From: Antedon mediterranea
Lineage: Eukaryota > Animalia > Echinodermata
Length of the DNA: 64,000 nt
NCBI RefSeq assembly: GCF_964355755.1
Contig: NC_092673.1
Coordinates: 7,378,001-7,442,000 of the forward strand
Direction: 5' to 3'
A program made the translations under genes and the position numbers. This document shows, piece by piece, positions 1 to 21,339 of this stretch. Each line of letters opens with the position of its first letter. Within the stretch, counting starts at the first letter, position 1. The notes under the pieces were generated by a model. It had not been told where the DNA came from. It made no database searches and was given only the letters and a program-made list of their open reading frames with translations.

Positions 1-690
1 GCTACTGTATGTCAATACACACAGGAACATGGATGTCATGCTACTGTATGTCAATACACACAATAACATGGATGTCATGCTACTGTATGTCAATACACAC
101 AGGAACATGGATGTCATGCTACTGTATGTCAATACACACAGTAACATGGATGTCATGCTACTGTATGTCAATACACACAGTAACATGAATGTCATGCTAC
201 TGTTCAATACACACAGTAACATGGATGTCATGCTACTGTATGTCAATACACACAGTAACATGGATGTCATGCTACTGTATGTCAATACACACAGTAACAT
301 GGATGTCATGCTACTGTATGTCAATACACACAGTAACATGGATGTCACGTTACTGTATGTCCATACACACAGTAACATGGATGTCATGCTACTGTATGTC
401 AATACACACAGTAACATGGATGTCATGCTACTGTATGTCAATACACACAGTAACATGGATGTCATGCTACTGTATGTCAATACACACAGTAACATGGATG
501 TCATGCTACTGTATGTCAATACACACAGTAACATGGATGTCATGCTACTGTATGTCAATACACACAGTAACATGGATGTCATGCTACTGTATGTCAATAC
601 ACACAGTAACATGGATGTCATGCTACTGTATGTCAATACACACAGTAACATGGATGTCATGCTACTGTATGTCAATACACACAGTAACAT
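1..690. repeat. 39-bp minisatellite (about 17.5 units visible, runs off the window start) in the last visible intron of STEEP1
   Basis: Unit ATGGATGTCATGCTACTGTATGTCAATACACACAGTAAC repeated head-to-tail with few variants (one 3-nt deletion near 200, substitutions near 348-361). It explains the repetitive ORFs 29..697 and 189..719. Confidence 0.97.
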
Positions 691-740
691 ACTATAAAAT
701 ACTGTACACATGTAATTGAGTTTTCAAATTGTAGGCTTAC

Positions 741-3700
741 CTCCTCCATTTTCCGTTTTGTTATCCCCTTTCTTTCCAATTGCTTCTCAATCACTCTTGC
801 ATTCTGTGCATAGGAATCTGCAATTTCTCTCTATATATGCAATTAAGAAAAAGATATATAAATTTCAAAGATTCAAAAGGTAATCTCACATGACAAAGTC
901 AGAAATAAAATAAACTTTATAAGCTGTAGAACTTTAAAGCAATCTCTCAATGGTTACCCTTAAATAGAAGAATAAAAAAACACTGACCGCTTCAATCTCG
1001 TCCTCTTCTTCATCAATTGTTGAGACAGTCACTGAACTGTATTTACCCATTTCCTTTGTTCTTTTTGTGACCATAACCTACAAAGCAAAAAAAAAGCCTT
1101 ACATTATCTTATATTACAGCCTTTTGTGACATTTCTTTTCATGTGACACTTTCCTGTGAAATGAACGAGGGTCATTAACACTATGGCCAACCGGGGTTCA
1201 CTCTTAATAGTGGTTCTAGTATACACTGTGACGGATCTTTAATAGAATGGACATGCTCGGGACCAAGACAACACAGTCAAAGATGTAACGCAGAGGTCTG
1301 GTTTAGGGACACTAAGTGCCTCAGGCGTCTTTAGCTTTTTAAATTTTAATGCCTTTTTGTTCCTCTGGGCCATTGTGTTTAGCCAGTGAGCACTCATAGC
1401 CGTTGTGCCACTGAACACAGCTAGGCTGGAAAGGATGGGGTGAGCTAGTTGATGAGATGAGCAATTTTTAGTATATTATAATTGTAAATTCTAACCTTTT
1501 TATTACGCTTTAGATCATCTTTGACAGGTAGTGGTTTCAGCGCTGGTCCCTCACCACTAGTGTACACAGCTCCATCTACTACAAACAATACACTGGTGTC
1601 TTTCTCTTTGTGGTGATAGAACAATCGTAAACCGCATCTACGATAAATAAATAACACTTTGGAGTAAAAATAAGGAAATAAAGGACCATCAAACCACATA
1701 CATACTATAACAGAACAAACCATGGGGATCAGTATGGAGGCAATGCATTCTGGCAAGCAATGGATAAAGATTCTCCATGACCCACCTGTTGGTACAGTAC
1801 AGTACCTACACTCACCACATCTCCTAATGAAAATATAGAATATTGTTAAAATCACCGACTGCTATTGAGCAACAGATTAGGTCATTCATTTACTACCATG
1901 TCCATCTAGTTAGAGGATTTGGTTCACAGAATCAGATGATAAACAAAAAAGTGGTAATGGTGGTATTGTGAACTCTATCTTGGATGCGTCCACTGGAGGA
2001 TGATGGATAGGATTATTAATATTGTAATAACAGGTGGAGTACTACAGTACCTTACTGATGTCTATTGGACCATATGAGATAACTGTAAAAATTGACTATT
2101 AATATGTTATCAATAATATGTTATAATTACCTTTTACATTTCTTTCTGTATTGTCTTTCAACTCCTCCTGGTCTGCAATGAAAAGGAAGATGGTTGTTTG
2201 GAAAGTCACTGTCTTTTGAGTGTCTCCATATGAAATATTGTTGTAGTATGGTCTATTGTGTGAATGAATGTACTGTACTGTGCTCAAAATGGGAAACATT
2301 ATTTAACATAATGTTTGAAGGTTTAAATGTTGAAAACCAATGTGATATGTTGATGTAAAGTTTGTGGTACACCGTGACCACGTATGTAGATAGTGCAGAG
2401 GACAATCGAAGCATATTGATCGAAGCCTATACAGTAACTATACAGTGCAACTGTAACTTTATGTCACTGCACTTTTACTCACAAGCAACGTATATTAATG
2501 GAAATGTCACGTAACTAATGTACATACATGGTGTACCACAAACTTTACATCAACACAAAATATTATATACAGATATTCCTGCTTAGAGGTGACATATAAG
2601 ATTTGACATCCTAGAGGGAATGATATTTAGCTTGAGAGAATATATATATTCCTTAAGCGCTGATTTAAAAGACGATATCTGTTATATTATGTATATTTAT
2701 TGGAATATCTGCTAAATTGAATAATTACTAATAATAATAATTCACCTTCTTCGAGACAAAATCACTGGATATTCACCACGCCGCAATGTACCAGGTTACT
2801 CCTGTGAGTATTGACCAATGACAAACGGTCTAAATAGTTTAGTTAAAATATTTTGGGAAGCAAATGGTCAACGTGGCGCATCGTGTGAAACGTTGTCTCG
2901 TGATGATTCACAAGTTTTTACTCGAAGAATTTGCTGGATTTTATGTATGTTTAATGACAGTTACACAATAATCGCACAAAAACAACCAGTCAATGTCAAT
3001 GTCATCGTACAAATTACGTAGTCATGTGATGCAGTTTCAACCAATCATGTATTTACATAGTAATTTTGTAATATTATTTACCTTTTCAAATGTACCATTT
3101 CATCGCGTTCACATGTCGTCTTGTACACATGCTTGCTTGCATCAACGACTCGAGCACCATCACGTTGTCGCAGTGGTAATTTATCTAAAGTGCAATCTAC
3201 AAAAGACATGATAAAGGTACTGTATGCTAACACTTTTTTGCAGTTATTCATTGGTAAGTGCAAAGAATATAATATCACAAGAATGAGTAATCCGCGATTT
3301 TCCCTGTAACAGTAATATTGTCTATGTGGTAGGGCACCGCCATAAGTGAGGATGTATCTGGGATGTATACAACTTTTTGTGACAGTTACACTAATCAAAG
3401 GCTGGACCACCGGTAGTATTTTCATGATAAAAAATGCTATCAACTTGTTTCTGGTAAAACAAATGAATGTTAATGAAATTTGTATCCTACTGTATTAATA
3501 ACATGTGTTTTATACTAATTTATATCATAAAAACAATACTTAATCTACCGGGCGTAGATTAGTATGCGGCAATAGTTTCGTTTCGTTTATTTATTTTTTC
3601 CACTCACTTATAATTTACACAACATATATTAAATGTGGGTGGATGGAGGTCACAGTAAGTTCACTGAACTTTAAGTCGTGACCCCCGTATGCCTATAAGT

Positions 3701-5428
3701 ATACTAACATTGCTACAGAGTAGACTAAAATATAAATATATAATAGTGAAAGTACATAAAATCAAAAATAAAAAAAATTTAAATTATAGAAGTTAAGATA
3801 AACCAGGCAATTATATAATATAATGATAAAAGGGATAATGATAACAATTAGAGTACAATATGAAATATAATTAAATATGGTATAATTAACAAGTATAACG
3901 ATACAATGTAGCGGAGATTATTGAATACCAGGGTGAAAGATTTAATGCCATGTATCACCACCAAATAAATAAGGATAAAAGATCGGCGAAAAATTATGTA
4001 GCATATTCTGACACCATTTTGTGTTTGAAATTAGATTTAAAACTAGAAAAGGAAGATTTCTGTTTAAGTTCATTTGAGAGTTTATTAATGGTAAAGAATA
4101 GGCCGTGCTCAGTAACGCTTCGTTGTTTTTTGGTGTTGCTGTTAGGCCTTTTTTGTGAACTAATTTAGCATGTTAGTAAATAAGTGTCTGTAGAAAAATG
4201 AATGTACACTAGTTTGTTATTAAATATGTATTATAAAATGGTTTACAATTGCTAAATATATTATCATAATTCTATTTAATGTGACATGTATAATATCTAT
4301 TAAATCAAGTCTTATTTAATCTGTCTACATCCGCCCTTATGAGGGCAGCCTCACTCTCTGTTACAAATTTGTCATGGAGAAATCGCAGAATACTCATTCT
4401 TGTTATATATATTCTTTGGTAAGTGTCAAAAACAATGACAAATATCTAAAACTTTTAACAAATCCAGTATTTGACTTGACATAAATTAGATATGTCGACA
4501 ATAATATAATAAACATAAAGTAAAAAGCATTATCCTCACCAGAATCAGAAGTGGATTAGGAGGAAGGTCGAGAACCTCCAGATCCAGGGCGTCATAATTC
4601 ACCTGAATCATTAATCCCACATTCATCACATAGTATAATCCATAAAACTGAAGCTTCTCAAAAGAAAAGCAACAGATCAGGATTACCCCAACTGATGAGG
4701 ATAATCTAAATCTATTAAATACCTAAAATGTAGTTCTGTAATTATGTTTTGCTATAGGTGTCGTTTTGTAAAAAAATATTTTTTCAATCGTTTACATCAA
4801 TAATCTAATCTAGTCTGGCATGTATTAAATATGGTTTTACAAAACCAATGATTTTAAATCTACATTTAAACAATATAACTAATAAAAAACAATTAAAATA
4901 AATAATTCATCATCATACATAGAGAGAGAGAAAACGTAGCAAAAATCTCTTTATACAAACGATAGAGGGCAGCATGGCATAAATTCGAAACAAATTCTTA
5001 GAGAGTAGTAATCGTAAAGTAAATCTAATTTATGAATTATAATACAAATAACACGATTTTCGCAAAATATTACACAAGAAGTGTTAACCTAAATGTTATG
5101 TTAAACAGATCACCTATTAGATTTTGGATACAAATATTTGATTTCGAACAATATCACTTTAATACAGATACATGTAGGCCTACATAACAATGTTATTGGC
5201 AGTGACAAGTCGCCAAGAAAACTGCCTCGCATAGGCTTTACAATTCCAACTTCAACAGAGATCGGGACTCCCTAGGCCTAGGCATGTCTACTTTAAAATA
5301 ACCTCACCTAAAATCAAAACCATTTGCCCACACATACAATAATATGTTAGTAGAGGTTTTTCCTGCTTGTATTCCTCACGATCTTTGGTGTCTGATACAA
5401 CAATACTTCTTGTCACAACCTTTGGCAT
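741..5428 (-). CDS. STEEP1: STING ER exit protein 1 (CXorf56 ortholog), 3'-partial
   Basis: Six GT-AG exons with consistent phases: 5428-5308 ([40 protein letters not shown]), 3196-3082 ([23 protein letters not shown]), 2172-2131 ([13 protein letters not shown]), 1637-1496 (CGLRLFY..FVVDGAV), 1077-988 ([30 protein letters not shown]), 830-741 ([22 protein letters not shown]). Matches the remembered human CXorf56 sequence; the final exon is left of the window. Confidence 0.96.
2348..2555. mobile_element. MITE with perfect 26-bp terminal inverted repeats
   Basis: TGTTGATGTAAAGTTTGTGGTACACC at 2348 and its exact reverse complement ending at 2555; no coding capacity. Confidence 0.75.
3577..4260 (-). 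mobile_element. Decayed 3' end of a CR1/L2-type LINE
   Basis: Minus strand reads [23 protein letters not shown], resembling a LINE ORF2 C-terminus; short simple-repeat tail near 3577-3597. Boundaries approximate. Confidence 0.45.
4543..4702 (-). ncRNA. U8-like (SNORD118-like) box C/D snoRNA, copy 1, inside STEEP1 intron 1
   Basis: Minus strand begins ATCCTCATCAGTTGGGGTAATCCTGATCTGTT, resembling the remembered human U8 5' end ATCGTCAGGTGGGATAATCCTTACCTGTT. It continues with hairpin GCTTTTC-TTTT-GAGAAGC, internal box C GTGATGA (4629-4623), closing stem GTGGGATTA/TAATCCAC, and terminal box D CTGATT. 5' end uncertain by a few nt. Confidence 0.82.
4715..4772 (-). promoter_or_regulatory. Putative snRNA-type proximal sequence element (PSE) region upstream of U8-like copy 1
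   Basis: ACACCTATAGCAAAACATAATTACAGAACTACA is conserved upstream of both copies at about -30 to -60, where an snRNA-type PSE is expected. Confidence 0.5.
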
Positions 5429-5559
5429 CTTTTATAACTTTTCGACGACCAAGCGACGTTACGGACAAAAACAAAAATGCTAAAACGACCCAAAGTTGGT
5501 CAAGCGTGACTTAATTTAAATAATGAATATGTATATTATTATATAATTAATAATAAAGA

Positions 5560-6251
5560 TCCATTTATACTAGGATGATAACGATCGACGATTTGATTTG
5601 ATTTGATTTATTCAATATCGGCTCATTACAATTACAACAGAAAACATAAAAATATATAATGAAACAAAAAGCCAGGATTGTCACAAGCGAACCCAATCGC
5701 TGTTTAAAGACTTTCCTTTAACATAAATAAAATATAATATAAATATAAAATAAATGACGAGAAAAAATAAGAGACATTTATGTAAAAAAATACAGCAGGG
5801 ACCAGGTAAAATCCAAAAGAAATAGTGTTGGCGAAGACTAGTCTCGAATTCTCGAAACCTGCCAAGGAGGAGAGAAAGCTCACTTAATTCAGAGGGAAGA
5901 CCATTCCAAAGTTTACAGAATCTAGGAAAGAGATAATGATACGCATGTATTTTTCTTGTATGAAACAAAAGGAATTTAAGAAGTTTTCATCCTATACCTA
6001 TAGGATAACCATCTATGCTTCTTTTGATAAAAATTATATTTTCACACGTCAAGAGGCGTCGTGATTTAATAAGACCAATAATATCGTGACAATACAACGA
6101 TTTTATTGTTTTTATTAATCATGACGTCATTTGATTGGGTTTAAAAAATATTATTTTTATGAAAGACAGCATAAATGATTATTCTATAGTTATTTAAGAA
6201 AATGCATGCTTATTTATATCGTCGATAGTTATCGTCCTGGTGTAAATAGGC
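5560..6251. mobile_element. MITE with imperfect TIRs carrying a nested LINE 3' fragment (about 5590-5970, - strand)
   Basis: CCATTTATACTAGGATGATAACGATCGACGAT (5561) is the imperfect reverse complement of ATCGTCGATAGTTATCGTCCTGGTGTAAATAGG (ends about 6250). The insert encodes YLFPRFCKLWNGLPSEL and ends in an (AAATC)n tail. Related internal sequence occurs at about 18360-18440. Confidence 0.6.
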
Positions 6252-6255
6252 ATTG

Positions 6256-6554
6256 AGTCGGATGCCTCTCATCCTCTCCACAAAGTGATCATAGACCAAC
6301 TTAATCCAAGTGGTAGATTGAGGCTCCTCAGTATGAAAACAAATCGATATGCCAAATCCTTTATTCCCTCCGGTATCATCCAGTACAACAGGAAGTCAAG
6401 AAGATAATGTTATCTTGTAATTTTTTAGATGTTTTTATATGAATGGTTTTATGCTATATTTGTTTTTATAGTGTTTTCTTTGTTATTATGACGAGCAATG
6501 AATTTCCTTTTTGAGGATCAATAAAGTTATCTTATCTTATCTTATCTTATCTTA
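6256..6554 (+). mobile_element. 3' fragment of a Rex1/Babar- or L2-like LINE
   Basis: Encodes SDASHPLH..PSGRLRLLSMKTNRYAKSFIPSGI, typical of a LINE ORF2 end, followed by AATAAA and a (TTATC)n tail. Confidence 0.65.
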
Positions 6555-6600
6555 AAGCATAATATCATTTTACATAATAAGGTTCATAATTAAATCTTAA

Positions 6601-7025
6601 AGATGTATTGTCCCTTGAAACACAAGAAAATGAAGGTCAAAATATTCTAAATTTAAATTGGTCATATCAAAGTAATATTAAAGTTATTCACTTTAAGTTG
6701 AAAATTTAAAGCTTACGTAATTAACAAGTAAATTAATTTGATTACATTTCGTCTGGAAAATCGTCAGGAGCGAAAGTAAACAAAGATTTCAAACCATAAG
6801 TATGCATTATGCATGATGCTAATTAGGATTGTTTACAACTTGTCACGGTTGAGAAGGTCTTCACACAGATCGCGATGATGTTTTATGATTATGCATACAG
6901 AGTAGCCAAATAAGCGCGTTGCATTATAAGATATGTTTGATCGGAAACTTTGATTGAAAGTCAAAGTTATTTTTTGAACCAAAATATTTTATTTTTTTGG
7001 AATTAGTTAAATGAACAATACATCT
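6601..7025. mobile_element. Kolobok-like non-autonomous DNA transposon
   Basis: TTAA|AGATGTATTGT ... ACAATACATCT|TTAA: TTAA flanks, AG/CT termini and TIRs. An inverted copy of its first about 58 bp lies at about 32563-32618. Confidence 0.7.
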
Positions 7026-7203
7026 TTAAGATTAGGTGGATTATTTGTTTTTATTTTTTGTGAACAGATCATAAAAATTATTGTGTTAACAGAAACGTTA
7101 TTAAAAAAAATATACAGTCGATTTGTAGGTCGTATAAATGCTTTTTAAAATGACCACTTCATAGAATTGAAAACAATTTTTTAAAAAGCATTATCCTCAC
7201 CAG

Positions 7204-7365
7204 AATCAGAAGTGGATTAGGAGGAAGGTCGAGAACCTCCAGATCCAGGGCGTCATAATTCACCTGAATCATTAATCCCACATTCATCACATAGTATATA
7301 ATCCATAAAACTGAAGCTTCTCAAAAGAGAAGCAACAGATCAGGATTACCCCAACTGATGAGGAT
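7204..7365 (-). ncRNA. U8-like (SNORD118-like) box C/D snoRNA, copy 2, intergenic
   Basis: Identical to copy 1 except a 2-nt insertion in the single-stranded linker and one substitution that makes the hairpin GCTTCTC-TTTT-GAGAAGC perfect. Same upstream element (about 7383-7435) and 3' extension. Confidence 0.82.
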
Positions 7366-8289
7366 AATCTAATTTTAGTGAAATACCTAAGATGTAGTTC
7401 TGTAATTATGTTTTGCTATAGGTGTCGTTTTGTAATGAAATGTGTTTCAAGGTTTACATCAGTAATATGTATATAACACTAATATGTATATAACAGTAAT
7501 ATGTATATAAATATATTTGTGATAAGTAATCGATGGTCATCCATCTGAGACAGCGCCAATAATTAGTTTTATCTAGTCTCTACCGACATTCACCAATCAG
7601 TAAAATGCGGATATTCCCGTTAATACAGATTTCAACATCCGGAAAATCTTCGTACTTATCTGCCCTTGTTGTACTGAATGACGTTACAAGATGTGGGTCG
7701 CTGGTGTCAAATTTAAAGTAAACTTAAAGTAGTCGTCAGGGGTTTCCCCAAACACTATAATATAAGTAGCCTAATCTAATTTGTCAATAGTTGTCACAGC
7801 AGCTACACCACCACAGTCGCTTTGTAGGCATGCGCACGGGTGTTTTTTTTTTCTGGCGCAGTCTAGTCTAAGTGCTGCGTAATTACACAGTAAACCACAA
7901 TCAAATTATACAATCAGTAGTTTATCTTACTGTACAAGGTTCTCTATTAGTAACAATATTTGTATTGTGCGTATCTCTACGGTTAATAAATAATTATTTA
8001 GAGGGCCATGAACTGTACTCTTTGTGTTTTGGATTATAATAATATTAAATTCAATTCATTTGATTATAATAAAACTTGTTATAATGATAGGAGGCCTACG
8101 CAACCGGTAATATTCGAACATCCGCATAAACTGAATATTTTGAAGATAAGCAAATACATTAATCCCTTTTGTTACCTTGGTCTCAAGAATATTTTGATGA
8201 AAAATAAAGAATTCTAAAAAAATAATTGTTGAGGGAAAAGTGGTAGAGGAGACATTTGCGGTAACGATATTTTGTCATTCAGCTGTTAA

Positions 8290-8428
8290 AAGCTCGGTTG
8301 GCACTCAGAGACGCAACCTAGGCATAGTGAGTTGACCACTAAGCGCAGCACAGGTGACACAGCTTCGATGATCGATCGCGTCGTGGTCAAATTATAGAGA
8401 CGCGCGTGCATACGTGAGAACCAAGCTT
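8290..8428. mobile_element. Short MITE (PIF/Harbinger-like), family with GCTTGGTTC-type TIRs
   Basis: AAGCTCGGTT ... AACCAAGCTT termini; related copies at 53869-54005 and 55121-55278. Confidence 0.55.
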
Positions 8429-8857
8429 TAATTTTAACTTGTTGTACTTTGCTGGCCTAACGATGAATAGTACAACGTAAATTAATGAAGACTTTGGTGA
8501 GACAGAAACACTCAGACTAAATACGAGTAACAATTGGAGAGAGCCACTAACAATCAGCAAGTCTTAAAATTCATTTATATTTATGACCTCAATCATTTTA
8601 CTGTTGTGTTTGTTTCCATACCAATCGTATTATACAGCCCCTTGTTTACACACTTGTAAAAGTTATTATCCTGGTCAGTTGAATCTATAGAGGAAGGTAT
8701 TGTAGTTGACAAAGTGACACAAAATAAACAATTGTCACCGTAATTGTCATGTTGGGATTGGTTGGATTTGTTGACCAAACAAGTTCCTAGTCATATAATT
8801 ATAAAAGGGAAAAACTTAGAGCCCAGTACATATTATGCAAAAATATTACCTTACAAG

Positions 8858-18096
<9,239 letters not shown>

Positions 18097-19850
18097 AAAA
18101 CTTGACTGTTTTACGGTGTAAATGTTCATAAGACGTTAACGATCATAAATAAATTAGAAAGGTTATTACAGTATTAATATTATTCTTTTTTCTATATATA
18201 TAAGGCGACTTTTTCTCATTTTACCAGATTTCTCATCTTTATCGTTTCCATTTAATTAATTAAATTTCAGTATATCACCTGGCTGTTTAGAATTCATGTT
18301 CTGTGCCTTTTTATATATGATTAAACATTTATGCTGTCTTTTGTGAAAATAATTATTCAAATGACGTCATGATTGTAAGAGCACAAATGTAGTCGATACA
18401 ACGATGTTATTGTTTGTATTAACCATGATGTCATTTGATTTAAAAAACATAATGGTTATTAACTGTAGTTTTTATAACGTTTGTTCTATTATAGAACGAA
18501 ATTTCTGTTTTTGTTTTATGTAATAACAAATGTAGACCCTTTTATCTATTTATCGTTGAACGAATATCGTCAGCAGCCTAATCTTTCAAAACAAATTTTA
18601 TTTATTACAATGATAAGCGTTTACTTTACAATTGTAAAACTAAACCTATATGAGTAATCAATCTATGTATTAATGTAAATAAACTAACTCTACGCACTAT
18701 TCTTATTCTTTGTAGATAGGCCAGATTTTTAGCTTAATAGAAATGTAGCATGGGACAGTTCTATTAAACAAACTGTGTTTTATGTTTATCTTCTCATTTT
18801 ATTTGTTTGTCTAAATGTGTGGTTAAATGTAACACAAAAGCAATGAAATCATATAACAAATATATTATATATTCGGGTTATAAAACAACATGTTCATCTT
18901 CTTCTCAACTAAATTCATCACCTTTGCTTATAGGTGATGATGCAACAAAAGTCAACAAAAGTGTGGTATGATCGACCAAAACATCTTGGTCAGACAAATT
19001 ATAAGTATTGGAGAGTTCATTCAAGTACATACACAATATCTTCTAATGTTGGCATTTTAAGATGTGGTGTTCTTTCCACAAGGAACGAACATAGCGCTCA
19101 TATTATAGATGATGGATGCAATCGCAAATTGCATAGAACCGGCTCGCTTTTGGTTGGTGAGATAGAGGCCTGATTCAAGTAATACACAATTAACTTGTCC
19201 TTATAAGTTATAATAGTATATCTAATCTGCCTTAAAGGTCCGAGCTATCTCAACTATTGCAATGCTGATGACTCAGCTTTTAATTACGTCAAGGAACAAC
19301 TTATTAATGGTATTGTCAGGTTGGCTCTACTGATTAGTAAGAATTAGATGTACCTTCTCAAATCCGTATAACTTGGGTTAATTGCAAAGAACTAGGCCTA
19401 CGTGATGCCTAGACCAGTATGGTGTTGTTAGCGTCCCTAGACTAACTTTAAAACTACATGATTGAAATGATCACCTGTTGTGACTGTTACGAATATTTTA
19501 AAATTGTAATTCGTTGTGTGAATCAACGGTTTCAGTCCTTCTTTTTGTGTTATGTTTAATTATCAATGTTGTTTTTAAAATAAATTATACCTGAATATAT
19601 ATAAATGAATTTTACAAATACTGTTACCGATTAGACTACGAGATGTCCCGGGTATAATGAATTGTGATTGATATGTCACATTTTTATTACATTTCGAATT
19701 TTTAAATAACCTTATAGGCCTAATTAGAATATTATTAGATAGTACAGTACTACAAGTGTACAAAATGATGAATAAATTATTATAATTATGAACAAATTGC
19801 TTTAAATAAAATTATATTATTTCAAAGTTACCTTCATTTATTCAATTTAA

Positions 19851-21220
19851 AGTGGAGCTACACTCAGACTTTCTCAGCTTATATTATGTTTAAGTATGTT
19901 TAATTGAAAGTGATTACATAAAAAAAACAGAGAAAACACGGAAATATTTTTCAAAAACCCATTTCTAAAAAATCGGTTAGAAAATAGTGTTTTTTAATAC
20001 ACTTTTTCAGTAACTTAGGGGTTATTAGTTTACAATACGTCGCGAAACGCGTTACACTTAGCGACTGACGCGTTTTAGTCGCCGGTGAACTGTCTCCCCT
20101 TTGGTAAATTATGTGTCGAAAAATGGGGAATAAATTTTATACACACAATTAATACGATTTGTTTAGGCCTAAGTAATATTTCCGATAAAAATGTCAGTAT
20201 AATTTACATGTATAACCTCATGATTTGCAATGTACAACAACAGCATAATTAATCTTATCAGATTGCTTATTAACTTTAAGCTAGGCCTAGCTAAGCCGTC
20301 TCTGCTCAGCCTAGCTAGCCTTGAATTTTTGTCTAAGCCTATGGCATTCATGGGTTTGAAAATGCTTGGTCGTTTCGCCCCATTTATCGTTCCTGGGTTT
20401 TCTCGCACATTCACAAGAATTGTGAAACACAAAATCCTATACAGAACAAGAGTAGTAAAGCGATGACCGATGTGGAAGCTTAGGCCTGACTGAAAAGCAA
20501 CTTTTCAGGCACCCTATCATGGCCCATGGGGTAGGCCGAAGTTGGGTGTCAACAGAACAAACTTCACTGCTGTCAGCCTAGCTAGAGGCCAAACAGCATC
20601 GGTACATACCTACACTCTAGTAGGCCTAGGCCTAGCTTTATTGAATATATAGCCACGTCTTTCTCAAATCTCGTTAAATTTGACATTTTAGTAATAGTCT
20701 CATAATCACATTATTACACTGTGAAACATGATAGGGTCACATTCAGAATGTTTCAATATACTTTTCGCCCGTCAAAAATAACATCGCGACAAAATAACAG
20801 ATCGCCAGCTCTGCAGTAGTGTGATTGTGAAAATTGTCACGTGATCAGACTCCCTAGCAAAATAAAAAACCCAATTGGACCCGAACGGGGGAAAGTGTCT
20901 ATTTACGCAAAATTGCGCAATGTATACGCGATAAAAATACAAGAAATAGAAAGATCTGGAAAAATTACATAAAAAAACTTTTAAAATTTTTTTTTTAGTG
21001 AAGAAATTAATTTTTTAGGATTATTCAAATATACCCCCCTTTTGCATGTAAAAGAATAGGAAATTACAAGGTATCCCCCCAAAACTAAAAAAGGCGTGAT
21101 TTTCAAGAAAATCGTACTCATTGAAAAAAATTTCAAAAAAATATGAAGTATGAGGGATGATATTTTTAAATAATAGTTGAAATGTATGAAAAATAGTAAT
21201 TTTCTGGGTGGAGCTCCACT
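19851..21220. mobile_element. Kolobok-like non-autonomous DNA transposon (1370 bp)
   Basis: TTAA|AGTGGAGCTACACTCAGA ... TCTGGGTGGAGCTCCACT|TTAA: TTAA duplication, AG/CT ends, 18-bp imperfect TIRs, no transposase ORF. Confidence 0.75.
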
Positions 21221-21339
21221 TTAAAACCATGTTTCTTTATTTACAGAACGGTATATTTATGCTAAAAAAACAAAACTAGTACTGTATTAATTTAAATACC
21301 GACACGCACCATTGCCTCATGCATATTCAAATTTTATTT

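Noticed and set aside
29-719. 222-aa and 176-aa repetitive ORFs; superficially CRISPR-like array
   Set aside because: They are by-products of a stop-free 39-bp unit lying antisense within a STEEP1 intron. There are no unique spacers or cas genes, and the context is eukaryotic.
4529-4705. Duplicated unit as a MITE with 14-bp TIRs
   Set aside because: Homology extends well beyond the inverted ends on one side, no TSD is seen, and C/D boxes plus a U8-like 5' sequence explain it better.
18934-19173. 79-aa ORF preceded by an acceptor-like polypyrimidine/AG
   Set aside because: No recognisable motif and no partner exons found.
20169-20466. Overlapping 87-aa and 78-aa ORFs
   Set aside because: They lie inside the Kolobok-like element and show no transposase motifs.
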